Shown piece after piece: positions 28,581-39,817 of a stretch of 64,000 bases of DNA (position 1 is its first letter; every line of letters begins with the position of its first letter). The stretch is from Amoeboaphelidium occidentale. Taxonomy: Eukaryota. The stretch lies in NCBI GenBank assembly GCA_023515795.1, contig JALGPX010000014.1, positions 186,001 to 250,000 on the forward strand. Reading direction: 5' to 3'. A program made the position numbers and the translations under genes. The notes beneath the pieces are model-generated. The model saw only the letters and a program-made list of their open reading frames with translations. It ran no database searches and was not told the DNA's origin.

Positions 28581-30432
28581 ATGGCTGATCATCATGAGAA
28601 CACACAGCCTTCTAATGTTCAACAGACAGTAAATGATGATCATCAGTTCTCACCAACAGATATTCCACTTGGAGTGAGGATCAATATCGAGGATTTGAAT
28701 GATCATGAGTCAAATGAAAGGTTGGCTTTCTTGATTTCTTACAAGCTTATGTAAAAGGGACATAAAAAGTGCACCATCTGTAGACAACGAAAATGAAAAA
28801 AGAGTCAGTGATACCATTAATGATAGTTCTATACATGCACGGCCTGATTCTGATGATTACTCTTTTGAGGGCTTGTCACATCGTAGGAAGGCCTTTGATC
28901 TGGCCAAAATGTCTGAAATGCAAAAGAAGCTTTACTATTTCTTTGAAGAACCTGTGGGGATACCTGCTAAATGCTTTCAGTTTCTCTCGTACTTCCTGAT
29001 CTTGTACAGTACTATTGAGGTGGCCGTCGAGACTTTACCGGAATTTACGTCACCAGATGGATCGAGTTTCCTACCTACTATGCCAGGAATGTAAATTTCA
29101 ATACTTTTAACGTTATAATTTAGTTTCGCGATGGAGTGTTTCATATTTATCGTTTGGTCTGTTGAACTTCTTGGTCGAATTTATGCGTCGACTAATCGGA
29201 TTCTTTTCTGGTCGGATATACTCAACTGGGTTGACCTTGTGGCAATATTACCGTTCTTCTTCTCTTTATTTAAAATTTCTGACCCGTTCCTACAGAATCT
29301 GGCGAGGATCTTGCGATTGACTCGAGTCACAAAAGCTGTTAAGCTTGCGCGGTACTCAGAAGGTGTGAGGCTAGGAAGTAGAGCATTAGCCAGAAGTATG
29401 GATGCAATCTGGATGTTATTATTTTTCTTATTCTTGTCGGTATTATTCTCATCATCAATAATGTTTTGGGTGGAAAGAGGCACTTGGAATGCAGCTGAAA
29501 GGAAATGGATTAGAGTAGATGGAACACCATCGCCCTTTAGTTCTATACCGGTTGGATTTTATTGGTCAATGGTGACCTTGGCGACGGTAGGTTATGGAGA
29601 CGTTGTTCCTATTACTCGTAACTTTTTTCGATGATGCACAATATAACATTTAGCGCTGGGAAAATTTGTGGCTAGTCTTACAATGATTCTTTCCATTATG
29701 ATAATCGCGTTACCAACTTCGATTATTGGTTCAAACTTTATAGCCGAGTGGCAAATATATCAGCAACAGGTGTTACAGAAAAAAATGAGGAACTTCAAAC
29801 TACAAGCTCAAAAAAGCTCTGAAGAAACATCGGAATTAGACATTGTTTCTAGTAGGGATAGATTTCGGCTTGTGACTGAGCAAAACATCATCATGGTGCA
29901 AGCAATCGGCGAAATTCAAGAGAAGCTTAATGATCTCAATCCACCGCAGTACTATCAGCTTTACAAGGTTCATAAAGCAAAATGCAGGATGCTACAACTA
30001 AAGCTGGAGGATTCAGAAAAAGAGACACAAAAGTGGAAAATGAAATTCTCGGAACTCAAGAAGAGACATCGATCAAGCATAGATTTTGTTGATCAGAGCC
30101 GAGATCATCTTAACTTTGACGGGTTTGACGCACAATCCCATGAAACTCACGTCCTCGCTCCTTCAAGTGCGATCTCGAACTTTCAGCGAACCTCTAAAAA
30201 TATCTACAAGGGTGCCAAGAAAATAATATCTCATATTCGACCTCACGGACATGATGACCTGGATGAATCTATGAGCCATCATTCCAAAGATCACAAAATG
30301 GCCAGATTTCTAACCCTTGATCCAGAGTTGTTAGATCACAGCCAAAAAATCGGAACAGAACGAGCAGATTCACAAGAAGTTACAAATAATTCCGAAAACA
30401 AAGATCAAGTAGAAAAATTGGACGATATTTAA
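28581..30432 (+). CDS. Voltage-gated (6TM Kv-like) potassium channel
   Basis: S4 segment RILRLTRVTKAVKLAR, pore FYWSMVTLATVGYGD, S6 IIALP.SII.SNF; multi-exon. Confidence 0.92.
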
Positions 30433-30437
30433 CGCTT

Positions 30438-32664
30438 TTATGAATAGACCGAGTCATTGTCATTACTAGGTTTTTCGCCTGTCAAAGCGCTATCCAATTG
30501 AATGTTGTCAAACTCTTCCTTTGTCTCCTCGTCCTCTTGCTCCTTCTGTATTTCTGGTTTTGGCGGCTCGTCGTCAGGATCAAAGGATTTCAATACTTCA
30601 TCAAGAGCAGATTCTCTCCTCTCGATTTCTGGGGGATCTTCAGATTCACTTCTCGGAGATATGATGTCGGTCTCAGAAGAAGCAGGCTTTAATGTTCCAT
30701 TCAAGAATATTTCATTGAACGAGCACACCAAGTCTTTCATTAATCTCGATGCATGTCTATCTGGAGAAGCCGCATTTAAATCAAGTTGCTTTGGTCGAAG
30801 AAATAAGTCGCCCCAGAAATTGAATATGGTTCCTAATTGAGCGGTTTGTTCCGAAATGCTGTCATCCTTGTCTTCATCCGAAATAAGAATTTTGTTAAAG
30901 CAATGCACTAGATACTTCAAAGTATGGAAATGTGGGATAGGCAAGTTCAAAATTAATTCTCGAACAGAATCCGTTCTTTTGTTGTCGTCAGCGTCACCAG
31001 ACTTTGACAAGTACAACGTTTTGAACGCTTCATAATCATCAAACAACAGTAAAGGAACAGGAAGCTCCATAAGGTATCTTCGAAGAACAGCCAACAATGC
31101 AGGAAGTGAATATGATGAAGTTAAATCTGGCACTCCGATTTCTTCTGGAGAATCAAGTAACTTCTTAACTTTGATAGTCTCAGAAGGAGAAACATCCAGT
31201 GACTGCATGAAAAGAGAAAACATATAGCCGCAATCTTCAACTTTTGCCTTATTCGTTAGACATGTGCAAATATTTCTGACAATCCAAGGAACAGTCACGC
31301 CAAAGAGTTTGTAGTGATCTTCCACGCTTACCCCAAACAACGATGTGGATGCTACATTGACATAATAATCTTTGAACATAATAGTAGGAGGCCTAATCAT
31401 TCCAGATCTAAATCTCTCGACAAGAGAATCAATCTCTTTCTCGGGAACCACAGTCTCTAATCCCACTTGGATAGTGCTTGACACTCTTTGAAGAGATAAT
31501 CCCAAGCCATTGAGAGCCGTTGATACCGTTATCATGGCTTGTTTTTCTGAACCTATTCTGGACAGTTCCATGTTTTGAACGAAATTCAAATGTTCCGTCA
31601 CAAACATTTCATAGCTTTCTCTGAACTTTTCAGCCTCCTCCACACTAGTCCTACAAAATTAAGTCATTTAAATCCGAACCGTACTGGTAAGCCTCTCTAG
31701 CGGAATTCCTTTCTGTGTCGGCTGCAGCGATCTTTTCCGCTAAAACTTCGTCTTCACTCTTATTCCACTGATAGAACCAATTATCTTTAGGTACAAACTT
31801 ACTAAATCTGCCGACCAACCTGATAACATCTCTTTCAACCATAATTTCTCCAAATGCCGTGGAATCATCGTCATTTTTGATCAAGTTTCCGTGGTTACTT
31901 TTCATGTAATCAGAAATATCCTGCCCGTTAATGACCTTGTAAGTTCCAAGAAGTGGATATTTGATTTCTTTAGCAGGAATCGTTGACTGCATCTTTTTAA
32001 CGATATTCCGGAATTCCGTAAGAGAAACACTTAAACTTCCTTGCGTCAGAAGTATTTCCAATTTATCAGCAGCAGGAACATCAGAGTTCGCTGCATCAAG
32101 TTCTCTTTTGAGCTGGTCATAATTCTTGCATGAATTCTCGTATAGAGACCGCTTCCTCTCACTCTCCAGCTTCAAACGTGTCAACTGTTTGCTTTTGCCA
32201 TCAAAATCAAGCTGCTTCGATCTGAACAACTGCCGACTCTCCTCCAGCCACACTTTCATAGATTCAGAGGTGTCCCGTAAGATCGAAGAAAACAACAGTA
32301 ATTCCTGCCCATACTTTTCACATTCAGACAAAGTTAAACCAAACGCCTAACTAATCAGCCATCGCCAGCATAATCCGACCTGTTTTAAATTGCTTTCATC
32401 GTCTTTACCAAACCCTGAAGCATCCAATTTCGATATTCCGCTTCTATTGCGAAGGTTTTTTATGGAACCGGAATAATTTTCGTGTATCTGGCAAAGTTCT
32501 TGACAGAGCGAGATGACTTGCTGATGTTCAACCTGACCTTGCAGCACCTACGAAAGAAAGTAAGAATTCTTTTATTATTTAAGTTAAGGAAATACTTTTG
32601 AATGCAAATTAGCCACCGCCAAGTGGGTGTTATCCCCGAGCCAAAAGTGTTCAGCAAACGTCAT
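30438..32664 (-). CDS. F-BAR/DEP/RhoGAP protein (Rgd2/Rga8-like)
   Basis: N-terminal MTFAEHFW (FCH-like), helical region, DEP-like segment, and LFGV..E...VP.IV / LRRYLMELPVPLL RhoGAP motifs; about 3 short introns. Confidence 0.75.
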
Positions 32665-33104
32665 GTCGCGGAAAACTCTTCCAAAGTGTTTGAGCAAGGC
32701 GTACAAAAATATCCTTCCTGTCTCATGAAGGCAACTGCTTCACTGAACATTTCCAGTTTAAATCCCTTCGCTTTCCGTAGGATTGTAGCCTTGAACTTCA
32801 AATCCTTTGCTGATGCAGGAACATCCATTGAGCACACTTCTCCGTAAAACTCATAAACATTCCCGAGCTCATACTCAAAGACGCCCAGAAGTTCTGTATC
32901 GACACTTAAAGATTTACCATGCGAGCTCAGTTTTAATCTTCCAGCTGTTATATCATACTTTTCAAGTCTACAAATTAGAAACTATCTCATCAAAGCAATA
33001 GTAACTAGTTACATTCCATATGTTCTAATCATCTTTCCATAAGACAAATCTGCGAATTGATCATAAATATCCTCAATGGTAAGCACGAGGGCTGGTCTTG
33101 CCAT
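32661..33104 (-). CDS. TEN1: CST complex OB-fold subunit Ten1; not in the ORF track
   Basis: Spliced 132 aa (intron 32968-33012): G.MIRTYG.LEKYD....RLKL...LSVDT.LL.....G..YEFYGEV...KATILR.AKG..LEMFSEAV, following the animal/plant TEN1 pattern. Confidence 0.7.
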
Positions 33105-33145
33105 GCTTTTGGATGTTCAAACAAACGATTTCTCAAAAGCGACAA

Positions 33146-33913
33146 ATGATTCTTACAACAATTATCGCCAGGCTGAGGGATGGGCTTCATTTAACAGCTT
33201 CCATGGACGAAGAAGAGGTCAGCTTTCTTCCTCTGTTTTCATCGTTTTATTTGTAGGCTCGTGATATTTTAGAGTACAAGCAAGTCGCTAAGGATTTGAT
33301 AAAGAATATTGTGCAATCCCATGAGGAAAGTCACTGTTCAGTTGGCTCAGGCGCCTGCGTATTCCAGTAAATAGTGATGAAACCGTAAAGTATTTATTCT
33401 TGTAGTTACATGTTGGACTCTTCCTGTATATATTTGACCCTCTGCGACAAGACTTATCCACAACGATTGGCCTTTTCATATTTAGAGGAGGTCCAGAAGG
33501 AGTTTCAGGAGCAGCACGGGGCTGAGGTATCATCCGCTGCAAGGCCGTACACTTTTGTCAGATTCGACACAAATATCCAAAAGATTAAGAGGCAGTACCA
33601 GAACTCACAGACGTCTCGAAACATTGCGCGACTGAATGAAGACTTACAGGATGTCACTAGAATTATGACCAAGAATATTCAAGATGTCCTGGGAAGGCAG
33701 GACGCACTGAACAGTATCGTTTCATACTACTGCAGCGGAAGCTAATTGTTCTTAGAAATGACGGACATGTCTAGCAAGTTGGCTTCAGATTCAAAGAAAT
33801 ATTTGAAGGGTACTAAAGATCTGAATCTGCAATTACTGTACAGGAAGTACGGCCCGCCTGTGATTGTTATTCTAGTCGTGTTGATTGTTGTTTATGCCAG
33901 ATTCTTCTGGTAA
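33146..33913 (+). CDS. SEC22: Longin R-SNARE Sec22
   Basis: MILTTIIARLRDGL.L.AS, YPQRLAFSYLEE, ARPY.FVRFD, L.DVTRIMTKNI and a C-terminal TM; 3 introns. Confidence 0.92.
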
Positions 33914-34101
33914 AAATCTTACGGGTTGTGAGATGATGCGAGCTTAATAAAGAGGCATTCTGCAATTATCATCATTTATTGACCACTTGTTTAAAATGTA
34001 ACTCAAAGATCAGATATAATTCGTCAGAACACGACTGTAACATCGTGATTTCTGATCTGCCCATCTTTGATAAGCGCTGAAGCAACAATTTTAATTCAGC
34101 A

Positions 34102-34875
34102 ATGAACGAGGATCTATTGCAAGTAGGCTCCCCCTCAGGGTAAGCGTGATAATTCATGACTTCAACTTTTTGTAGGCGGCCTAATATGACACTCGCAGAG
34201 CGAAGGGCAAATCACAATGCAATCGAACGGGCGCGAAGAGAGTCGCTAAATTCAAAATTCTTCGAGTTAGCCAGCTCAATACCATCTCTCAAAGAGGCAC
34301 GAAAGCCATCGAAATCTGTTATTGTGCAGAAGGCGCTGGAATACATTCAGAATTTCAACAAATACGCTCATGCACAAGAGAAGGCACTCAAGGATCTTTA
34401 CGATAGGAACAAGGAGCTCTTACTCGAAGTTAACGAGCTGAGACAGAAACTAGGTTATTCTCCAAAAGATAGTGATTATGGGTCGTCTATTAGTGATCAG
34501 AGGATGGCATCAGAGCAATTTCCTGTAATTCCGTCACAGAATCTCGTTTCAAACTCGCCACTATTAGCATCTTCTCCAAAGCCTTCTCTCATGGGCAGCT
34601 CTCCATTGTTGATTAATACAACTTCTTCTCAAGTGTATGCGCCAGGCGATAGCGCATTGTTTGGAACATCTTGTCCGATTCAGATGCAGAACATGACTTT
34701 GAATGATATAGGCGGATTACCTCTTTCGTACAGTGGCACAACTCATCCAGCATCTTTCCATCTCCCGCGGCATTCAATGAAATTTGGCTCAGTTGATCCC
34801 ATCTTAACTCAGAATGGTTCTGCTGCAGATGAAGATGACAACGACGATATTCTCGATGAAATGCTAATATTTTAA
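34102..34875 (+). CDS. bHLH-leucine zipper transcription factor (Max-like)
   Basis: RRANHNAIERARRESLN..F.EL...IP.L...SK..I..KALEYI followed by a heptad repeat; short first exon and an intron at about 34140-34175. Confidence 0.85.
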
Positions 34876-34904
34876 TAGTAATAGTTAAACGAATAAAGAA
34901 CGAT

Positions 34905-36227
34905 TTATTGCTCTCTTCGATGAACGAATACTTCAGCCAAAGCTTGTAAGTCTTTTGTTTCATTTGATAGTTCATCACAAACACGTATGCCCTCAATTTT
35001 ATGACATCCTGGAGCAGATGGAAAGAATTTCAATTGAACCCGCCGGGACTCCTCTGGTCTAAGTTCTCCCAAAGGCGTATTTGCTTCATCCAAGAACCAT
35101 ATAGTTCCCATTTTCTCCTTCTGTGATATGAGTTTTAAGTTTGCATTCTGCCTGCTCAGATTTTTTACGTCAAAAGTCAGAACGAATGGAACTTCAACCA
35201 CAATGTTTTTAGGACAATCGATGATTTTGATGTCAACTAGTTCAGAAGGAGCTGCTTTCCTTACCAGCTGGTTTGTCTGTAGCCTTCCGATTTCACCCAA
35301 GTTTGATCGCCAAAGTATGTCCAAACGACCTAGATTTGTCGAAGCGATTGCATTAATGGTTGACTGGTCACTTCTCGGTCGTAGTCTAAATAGATACTGT
35401 CGTGTATCTTGCGGCTGCATTGAAACAAAATCCCCAAATACAGACACAGAATCTGCGCCATAATGATTCAAATCTTCGCAAGCAAAGTATTCTGACGGTT
35501 CTAACTTGAGCCTTTCGATAAACATTGGGATTGCCATTTGATTTTGTATTTGTGCCTCAAGATACAAATGACCCGTGCCAACTGAATTGACTTTCGTTCT
35601 GACCGCTAACGGATTCAAAACGTTGAACTTGTAAAATCGTCTAAAAGATCGTTTTTCTTCACCAGAAGAAACATAATTAATTGAGCACACTAATATATGA
35701 GTTCCCAGTTCCCGTATCTCGTGGTTGACCATAAATTCAGCTGTTTGGTTCGCAAGTAACCCATGATGAGATTCTTCTGTAGTGTCATGCAACAGGAATT
35801 TTTGGGTGGTAGTCTGCAGCTCCGCCCTAAAATAGAGGTTCCGCACTCCTGAAGCAGAGTCATTATTTATGCAAATGTAAGCAGAGAACGTTTCACCAAG
35901 GTAAATATTTCCAAAACTGCTCGGTAACAATAACAGATCGCTAAGCGAGAATGTAGACACTTCCAGATCTTCATGCTCTGGTCCTTTGCTTGCCGGTAAA
36001 TCTGAAATGTCCAAGAGGGCGGGTGTGTTTACAGAAGATTTCTTTGTAGACGGTGCTGCTGTAAAATTCGACAGGTTCTTGTCTCGCAGCTTTGCAAAAC
36101 CATCATCCCCTAGAGATAAAGAAGTTCCGGAAACGTCATGAAATATCGCATTTGATGATGCAAAGTTCGGTTTAGAAAGCCTCATGACTTTTAACGACAG
36201 TTGATGCTGTTGGCTATCCGACGACAT
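34905..36227 (-). CDS. TRAPPC13: TRAPP subunit TRAPPC13 (DUF974)
   Basis: LSLKVMRLSKP, LLLP.SFGNIYLGETFS.YI and LGRLDI.WR.N.GE.GRLQT. Confidence 0.92.
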   Translation of the reverse strand: MSSDSQQHQLSLKVMRLSKPNFASSNAIFHDVSGTSLSLGDDGFAKLRDKNLSNFTAAPSTKKSSVNTPALLDISDLPASKGPEHEDLEVSTFSLSDLLLLPSSFGNIYLGETFSAYICINNDSASGVRNLYFRAELQTTTQKFLLHDTTEESHHGLLANQTAEFMVNHEIRELGTHILVCSINYVSSGEEKRSFRRFYKFNVLNPLAVRTKVNSVGTGHLYLEAQIQNQMAIPMFIERLKLEPSEYFACEDLNHYGADSVSVFGDFVSMQPQDTRQYLFRLRPRSDQSTINAIASTNLGRLDILWRSNLGEIGRLQTNQLVRKAAPSELVDIKIIDCPKNIVVEVPFVLTFDVKNLSRQNANLKLISQKEKMGTIWFLDEANTPLGELRPEESRRVQLKFFPSAPGCHKIEGIRVCDELSNETKDLQALAEVFVHRREQ

Positions 36228-36252
36228 TTTTCGGTTACAAGAAAATCTATTG

Positions 36253-36304
36253 TGAATAGAAAAAGCTGCGTCTTTTTATACAGCGGTCATAGATTTTTTG
36301 ACTC
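36253..36304 (-). ncRNA. Candidate Fanzor omegaRNA 3' scaffold
   Basis: Lies between the Fanzor stop and the element end. Hairpins GTCA-loop-TGAC and GCTGY..GCAGC; stems are retained in the allele at 37011-37061 while the loop differs. Confidence 0.5.
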
Positions 36305-36545
36305 AAATTTGCCTACTGAAACTGGGGTGTCTTTCTCCTGTTAAAAAGTAATGAACTGCGATAATAGCCATGTTAATTGCTGCTGATACATCCTTGTGAA
36401 CAATCAGATCGTGTCCAATTGAAGTCTTGCAATCTTTACATTTCCACATCCTAGTTCCTTCGTAGCCGTATTTGTCAAGAGGGTTAAAGCACATTGGGCA
36501 ATTCTAAGAAGTCCAAAATCTCTGAGCAACGACGGGCTAAGTATA
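36303..36545 (-). pseudogene. Fanzor (eukaryotic TnpB) C-terminal remnant: RuvC-II tail, Zn finger, RuvC-III
   Basis: LARRC/(frameshift)FWTS*NCPMC...RMWKCKDC...HKDVSAAINMAII...G.RHPSF matches the TnpB/Fanzor pattern TS..C..C...C..C...RD.NAA.N. In-frame TAG at 36504-36506. Confidence 0.85.
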
Positions 36546-36862
36546 TATATCACTCAATGATTAAACCCTCGTAACATTAACAACTCAGTTCTATTGTCTG
36601 TGAAGTTTTAATCCATCTCTGTGTGCATGTATCACTATCTTGAAGCACCACAACTTAAACAGCAGCAACAACAATGTTCTCCATGATTGCTATGCTCCGT
36701 TCAGGGTGCTGGCTGACTTGTATGAGTTTCTTGTGATCTCTCCTATAGTTGTTCTTCGGGTTCTCATTTTTGAGTGCTGCTGATAGCTTGATTCATGTAG
36801 CAAGCGAAATTTGATTCTTCTGACAGTTATAGTTCGCATGACCAGAATTCTATTCAGTCATN

Positions 36863-37262
36863 ATCCCCTAGAGATAAAGAAGTTCCGGAAACGTCATGAA
36901 ATATCGCATTTGATGATGCAAAGTTCGGTTTAGAAAGCCTCATGACTTTTAACGAGAGTTGATGCTGTTGGCTATCCGACGACATTTTTCGGTTACAAGA
37001 AAATCTATTGTGAATAGAAAAGGCTGCGTCTTTTTATGCAGCGGTCACATTTTTTTGACTCAGACTTGCCTACTGAAACTGGGGTGTCTTTCTCCTGTTA
37101 AAAAGTAATGAACTGCGATAATAGCCATGTTAATTGCTGCTGATAGCTTGATTCATGTAGCAAGCGAAATTTGATTCTTCTGACAGTTATAGTTCGCATG
37201 ACCAGAATTCTATTCAGTCATTCAGTAATTTTATCTCTGCGGATTGGTATTTATACTGGAAA
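36863..37262 (-). mobile_element. Alternate haplotype: duplicate of 36105-36252 plus internally deleted element allele (37011-37262)
   Basis: Same flank as copy A; junction at TGCTGCTGATA removes 397 nt; bounded by Ns at 36862 and 37263. Confidence 0.85.
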
Positions 37263-37263
37263 N

Positions 37264-37660
37264 TTAAACCCTCATAACATTAACAACTCAGTGCTATTGT
37301 CTACGAGATTTTAATCCATCTCTGTGTGATTAGATCACTATCTTGAAGCACCACAACTTAAACAGCAGCAACAACAATGTTCTCAATGATTGCTATGCTC
37401 CGTTCAGAGTGCTGACTTGTGTGAGTATCCTGTGGTCTCTTCTATAGTTGTTCTCCGGGTTCTCCAATTAATCTGCTGCTGATAACTTGATTCTTGAAAC
37501 AAGCGAAATTTGACTCTTCTGACAGTTATAGTTCGCATGACCGGAATTCTATTCAACCATTCAGAAATTTATCTGTGCAAGTTGGTATTCTTACTGGAAA
37601 TAAAAATTCTGTTTTGCCTTGACCGACCGGTCCAGGTTTCGACTAAGTGTTTGGGTGACC
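37264..37660 (-). mobile_element. Diverged paralogous copy of the same element (5' part), different insertion site
   Basis: Aligns by eye with 36561-36861 and 39596-39787 with many substitutions. Ends at GGGTGACC, then has a different flank (MTMR 3' end). Confidence 0.85.
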
Positions 37661-37694
37661 AAAAATTTTCTATTGGACATCAACCAAAGCTTTG

Positions 37695-39549
37695 CTAAAC
37701 TTTCCGCAGAAGCATATTACGCTTGGCAAGAAGATCATCGCGTTCTTGTAACGCTCTGGCAATATTCTCATCCAAGTTCCCAGAAGTCTTATCATTATTT
37801 GCTCCATTATTGTTTGTTATGCATGTTCCAAATGCACTCTTATCCCATGCACAATACATGCTATCCCACAAAAGAATGTCTTTAGGGCTAACAGAGGGTC
37901 TTAAGACATGCTGCCCTGAAGGAGAATACAAACCGCTTGTATAAATAGAAATGTTGTCGTGGACATGATTCCAAACAGATAAAGTTTTCGTTTTAAGTTG
38001 AAGTTCTAGCCGTTCTCTTTCGCAATTACCAAGAAATGTTCCAAACTGGCAATTCTGAGAGTACTTGTGCAGATCCAACAGAAGCCTTTCATTATACTCA
38101 AACTCACCAGGAAACTGCAACATTAAATTCCGAGTAGACTCTAAAAATTGAAGGAATACTGGAGAAGTTTCTTTTTCTTCCTTAGATCCCGATTTATGTG
38201 AGTGTTGCGCAGCTGAAGAAGAAGTCTTTGGCTTCATTGTCCGAACGTGTCCGCATCTTTCAGAGAATTTGTGGCCAAACGAAAGCCATTCTTTTTCTAT
38301 AAGAATCTGAAACCCCTTGAGAGTTCTGTAAAATGGATCCAAACATATAGATGCTAAACCACTTAATTGAGCTGTTCTATCCCAACCATCGGAACAGTGA
38401 ATCAAAACATTCTGTCCATTCTCAATTGCTTTCACTATAAGCAATGCAGACTCCATAATATTCCGTATATGTTTAAGCCATCCAGATGAATCTATTCCAG
38501 AGTATAAACGATCCACGCCAGTATCTGGCTGAGAACACACTAAAAGTTAACGTAAACGAAGTTTTGAAATAACCTTCAACCAACTTGTTCAAAGAGTCTC
38601 TCATAACATGAATATTATCTATACCCATAAATAATCTGTCGCAATTTCTATAGTTTTCCAAACTCTCTGTCCCAGCACCCATCGCCCTGTTGGCCATGGC
38701 GTTAGAAACTGGGCGAGCGTCGATAATAAAATTGTGATGATTATCTGAGGAATCATGGTTAGACTCAAATATAGATTCAATAAGTTTCTCATCCTGAATA
38801 CTTCGCTTTGATTTGATACCGACGAGAGGCTGACTAGACCTTGTTATTGATGCACCTGTTTGCCTGTGTAAATATGAAAGTGCCGGCAGACGACCTCTAG
38901 ACCGGAACTTTGCAGCATGATAAAGCACAGCATCACTGATTTTTGTAGGAACAACCAGAATACGAGGATACGTAGGACATAAATTATAGCCAGCATTAAC
39001 ATCAGAGATTCTCCACGCAGATCCATTATCTGAACCAACACCCATCCTTTCGAACTCTGCAAAAGGATCATACAACTCCCAACCGTTAAACTCTGCCGTA
39101 GAATTCGTCTTGGATACATGTCGAAATGAAAATGCATAAGAATTTGTAAGACTGGCGCCCTGATGGTCCAAAGCACGGCTGATCGTCTCGTAAACGGCTT
39201 GAGCATCGGCAGCAGAGGATACCAATAATCGGAAGAACGTAAAATCTCTGCAATTAAGAACAATAGAATAATACGATAAGGAATTGGAGTTGTCTGTAAT
39301 AACATTCGCAGCAACAGAATTTCTTTTGAGACTTGCCACATTCGAGTAAGGAACCCAAATTTCGTAAGGCAATCCTTCCGCATTAGCCACATACCGAATT
39401 ATAAGATCGTTAACAGTCAAGTGTAAAGAAGCTTTGTGATCGTTGGCGGCATTGATCACAGTCTTGCCATTAGACGCTGCCCCATTCGAAGGCGCCTGAA
39501 TATTCCACGTATTCGGTCGCCAGTTGAGCAAGACATCCTCCACCTTCAA
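37695..39549 (-). CDS. YMR1: Myotubularin PI3P phosphatase (Ymr1/MTMR); first exon lost at the gap
   Basis: HCSDGWDRT catalytic motif, FRSRGRLPALSY, IDARP..NA.AN and NIHVMR.SL; intron 38540-38573. Confidence 0.93.
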
Positions 39550-39595
39550 AAGTTAGGCCGATACTTTCGTGAATGAAGTCGAACTTTTGAAATTN

Positions 39596-39787
39596 GCTGA
39601 TAGCTTGATTCATGTAGCAAGCGAAATTTGATTCTTCTGACAGTTATAGTTCGCATGACCAGAATTCTATTCAGTCATTCAGTAATTTTATCTCTGCGGA
39701 TTGGTATTTATACTGGAAATAAAAATTGATTTTAGCCCTTACCAACCGGTGACCGGTCCAGGTTTCGACTAAGCGTTTAGGGTGACC
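39596..39787 (-). mobile_element. 5' end of element copy A/B, with ACCGGTGACCGGT palindrome and terminal GGTGACC
   Basis: Identical overlap with 36779-36861 and 37139-37262; followed by the repeat of the left flank. Confidence 0.85.
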
Positions 39788-39817
39788 AAGAAAATCTATT
39801 GCGGTTTGAAAGAAACA

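Larger units (their letters stand above)
36253..36861 (-). mobile_element. Non-autonomous Fanzor/TnpB-derived element, copy A (3' end and body; its 5' end continues at 39596-39787)
   Basis: Multicopy in the window, carries a Fanzor C-terminal remnant, and is bounded by AAGAAAATCTATTG at 36239-36252 and 39788-39801. Confidence 0.8.

Noticed and set aside
36863..36985. Apparent TRAPPC13 partial duplication
   Set aside because: N-bounded alternate haplotype with a synonymous difference; not a paralogue.
36253..39787. CRISPR-like or LTR interpretation of the repeats
   Set aside because: No repeat-spacer periodicity and no retroelement ORF; haplotype overlap plus one paralogue explains the copies.
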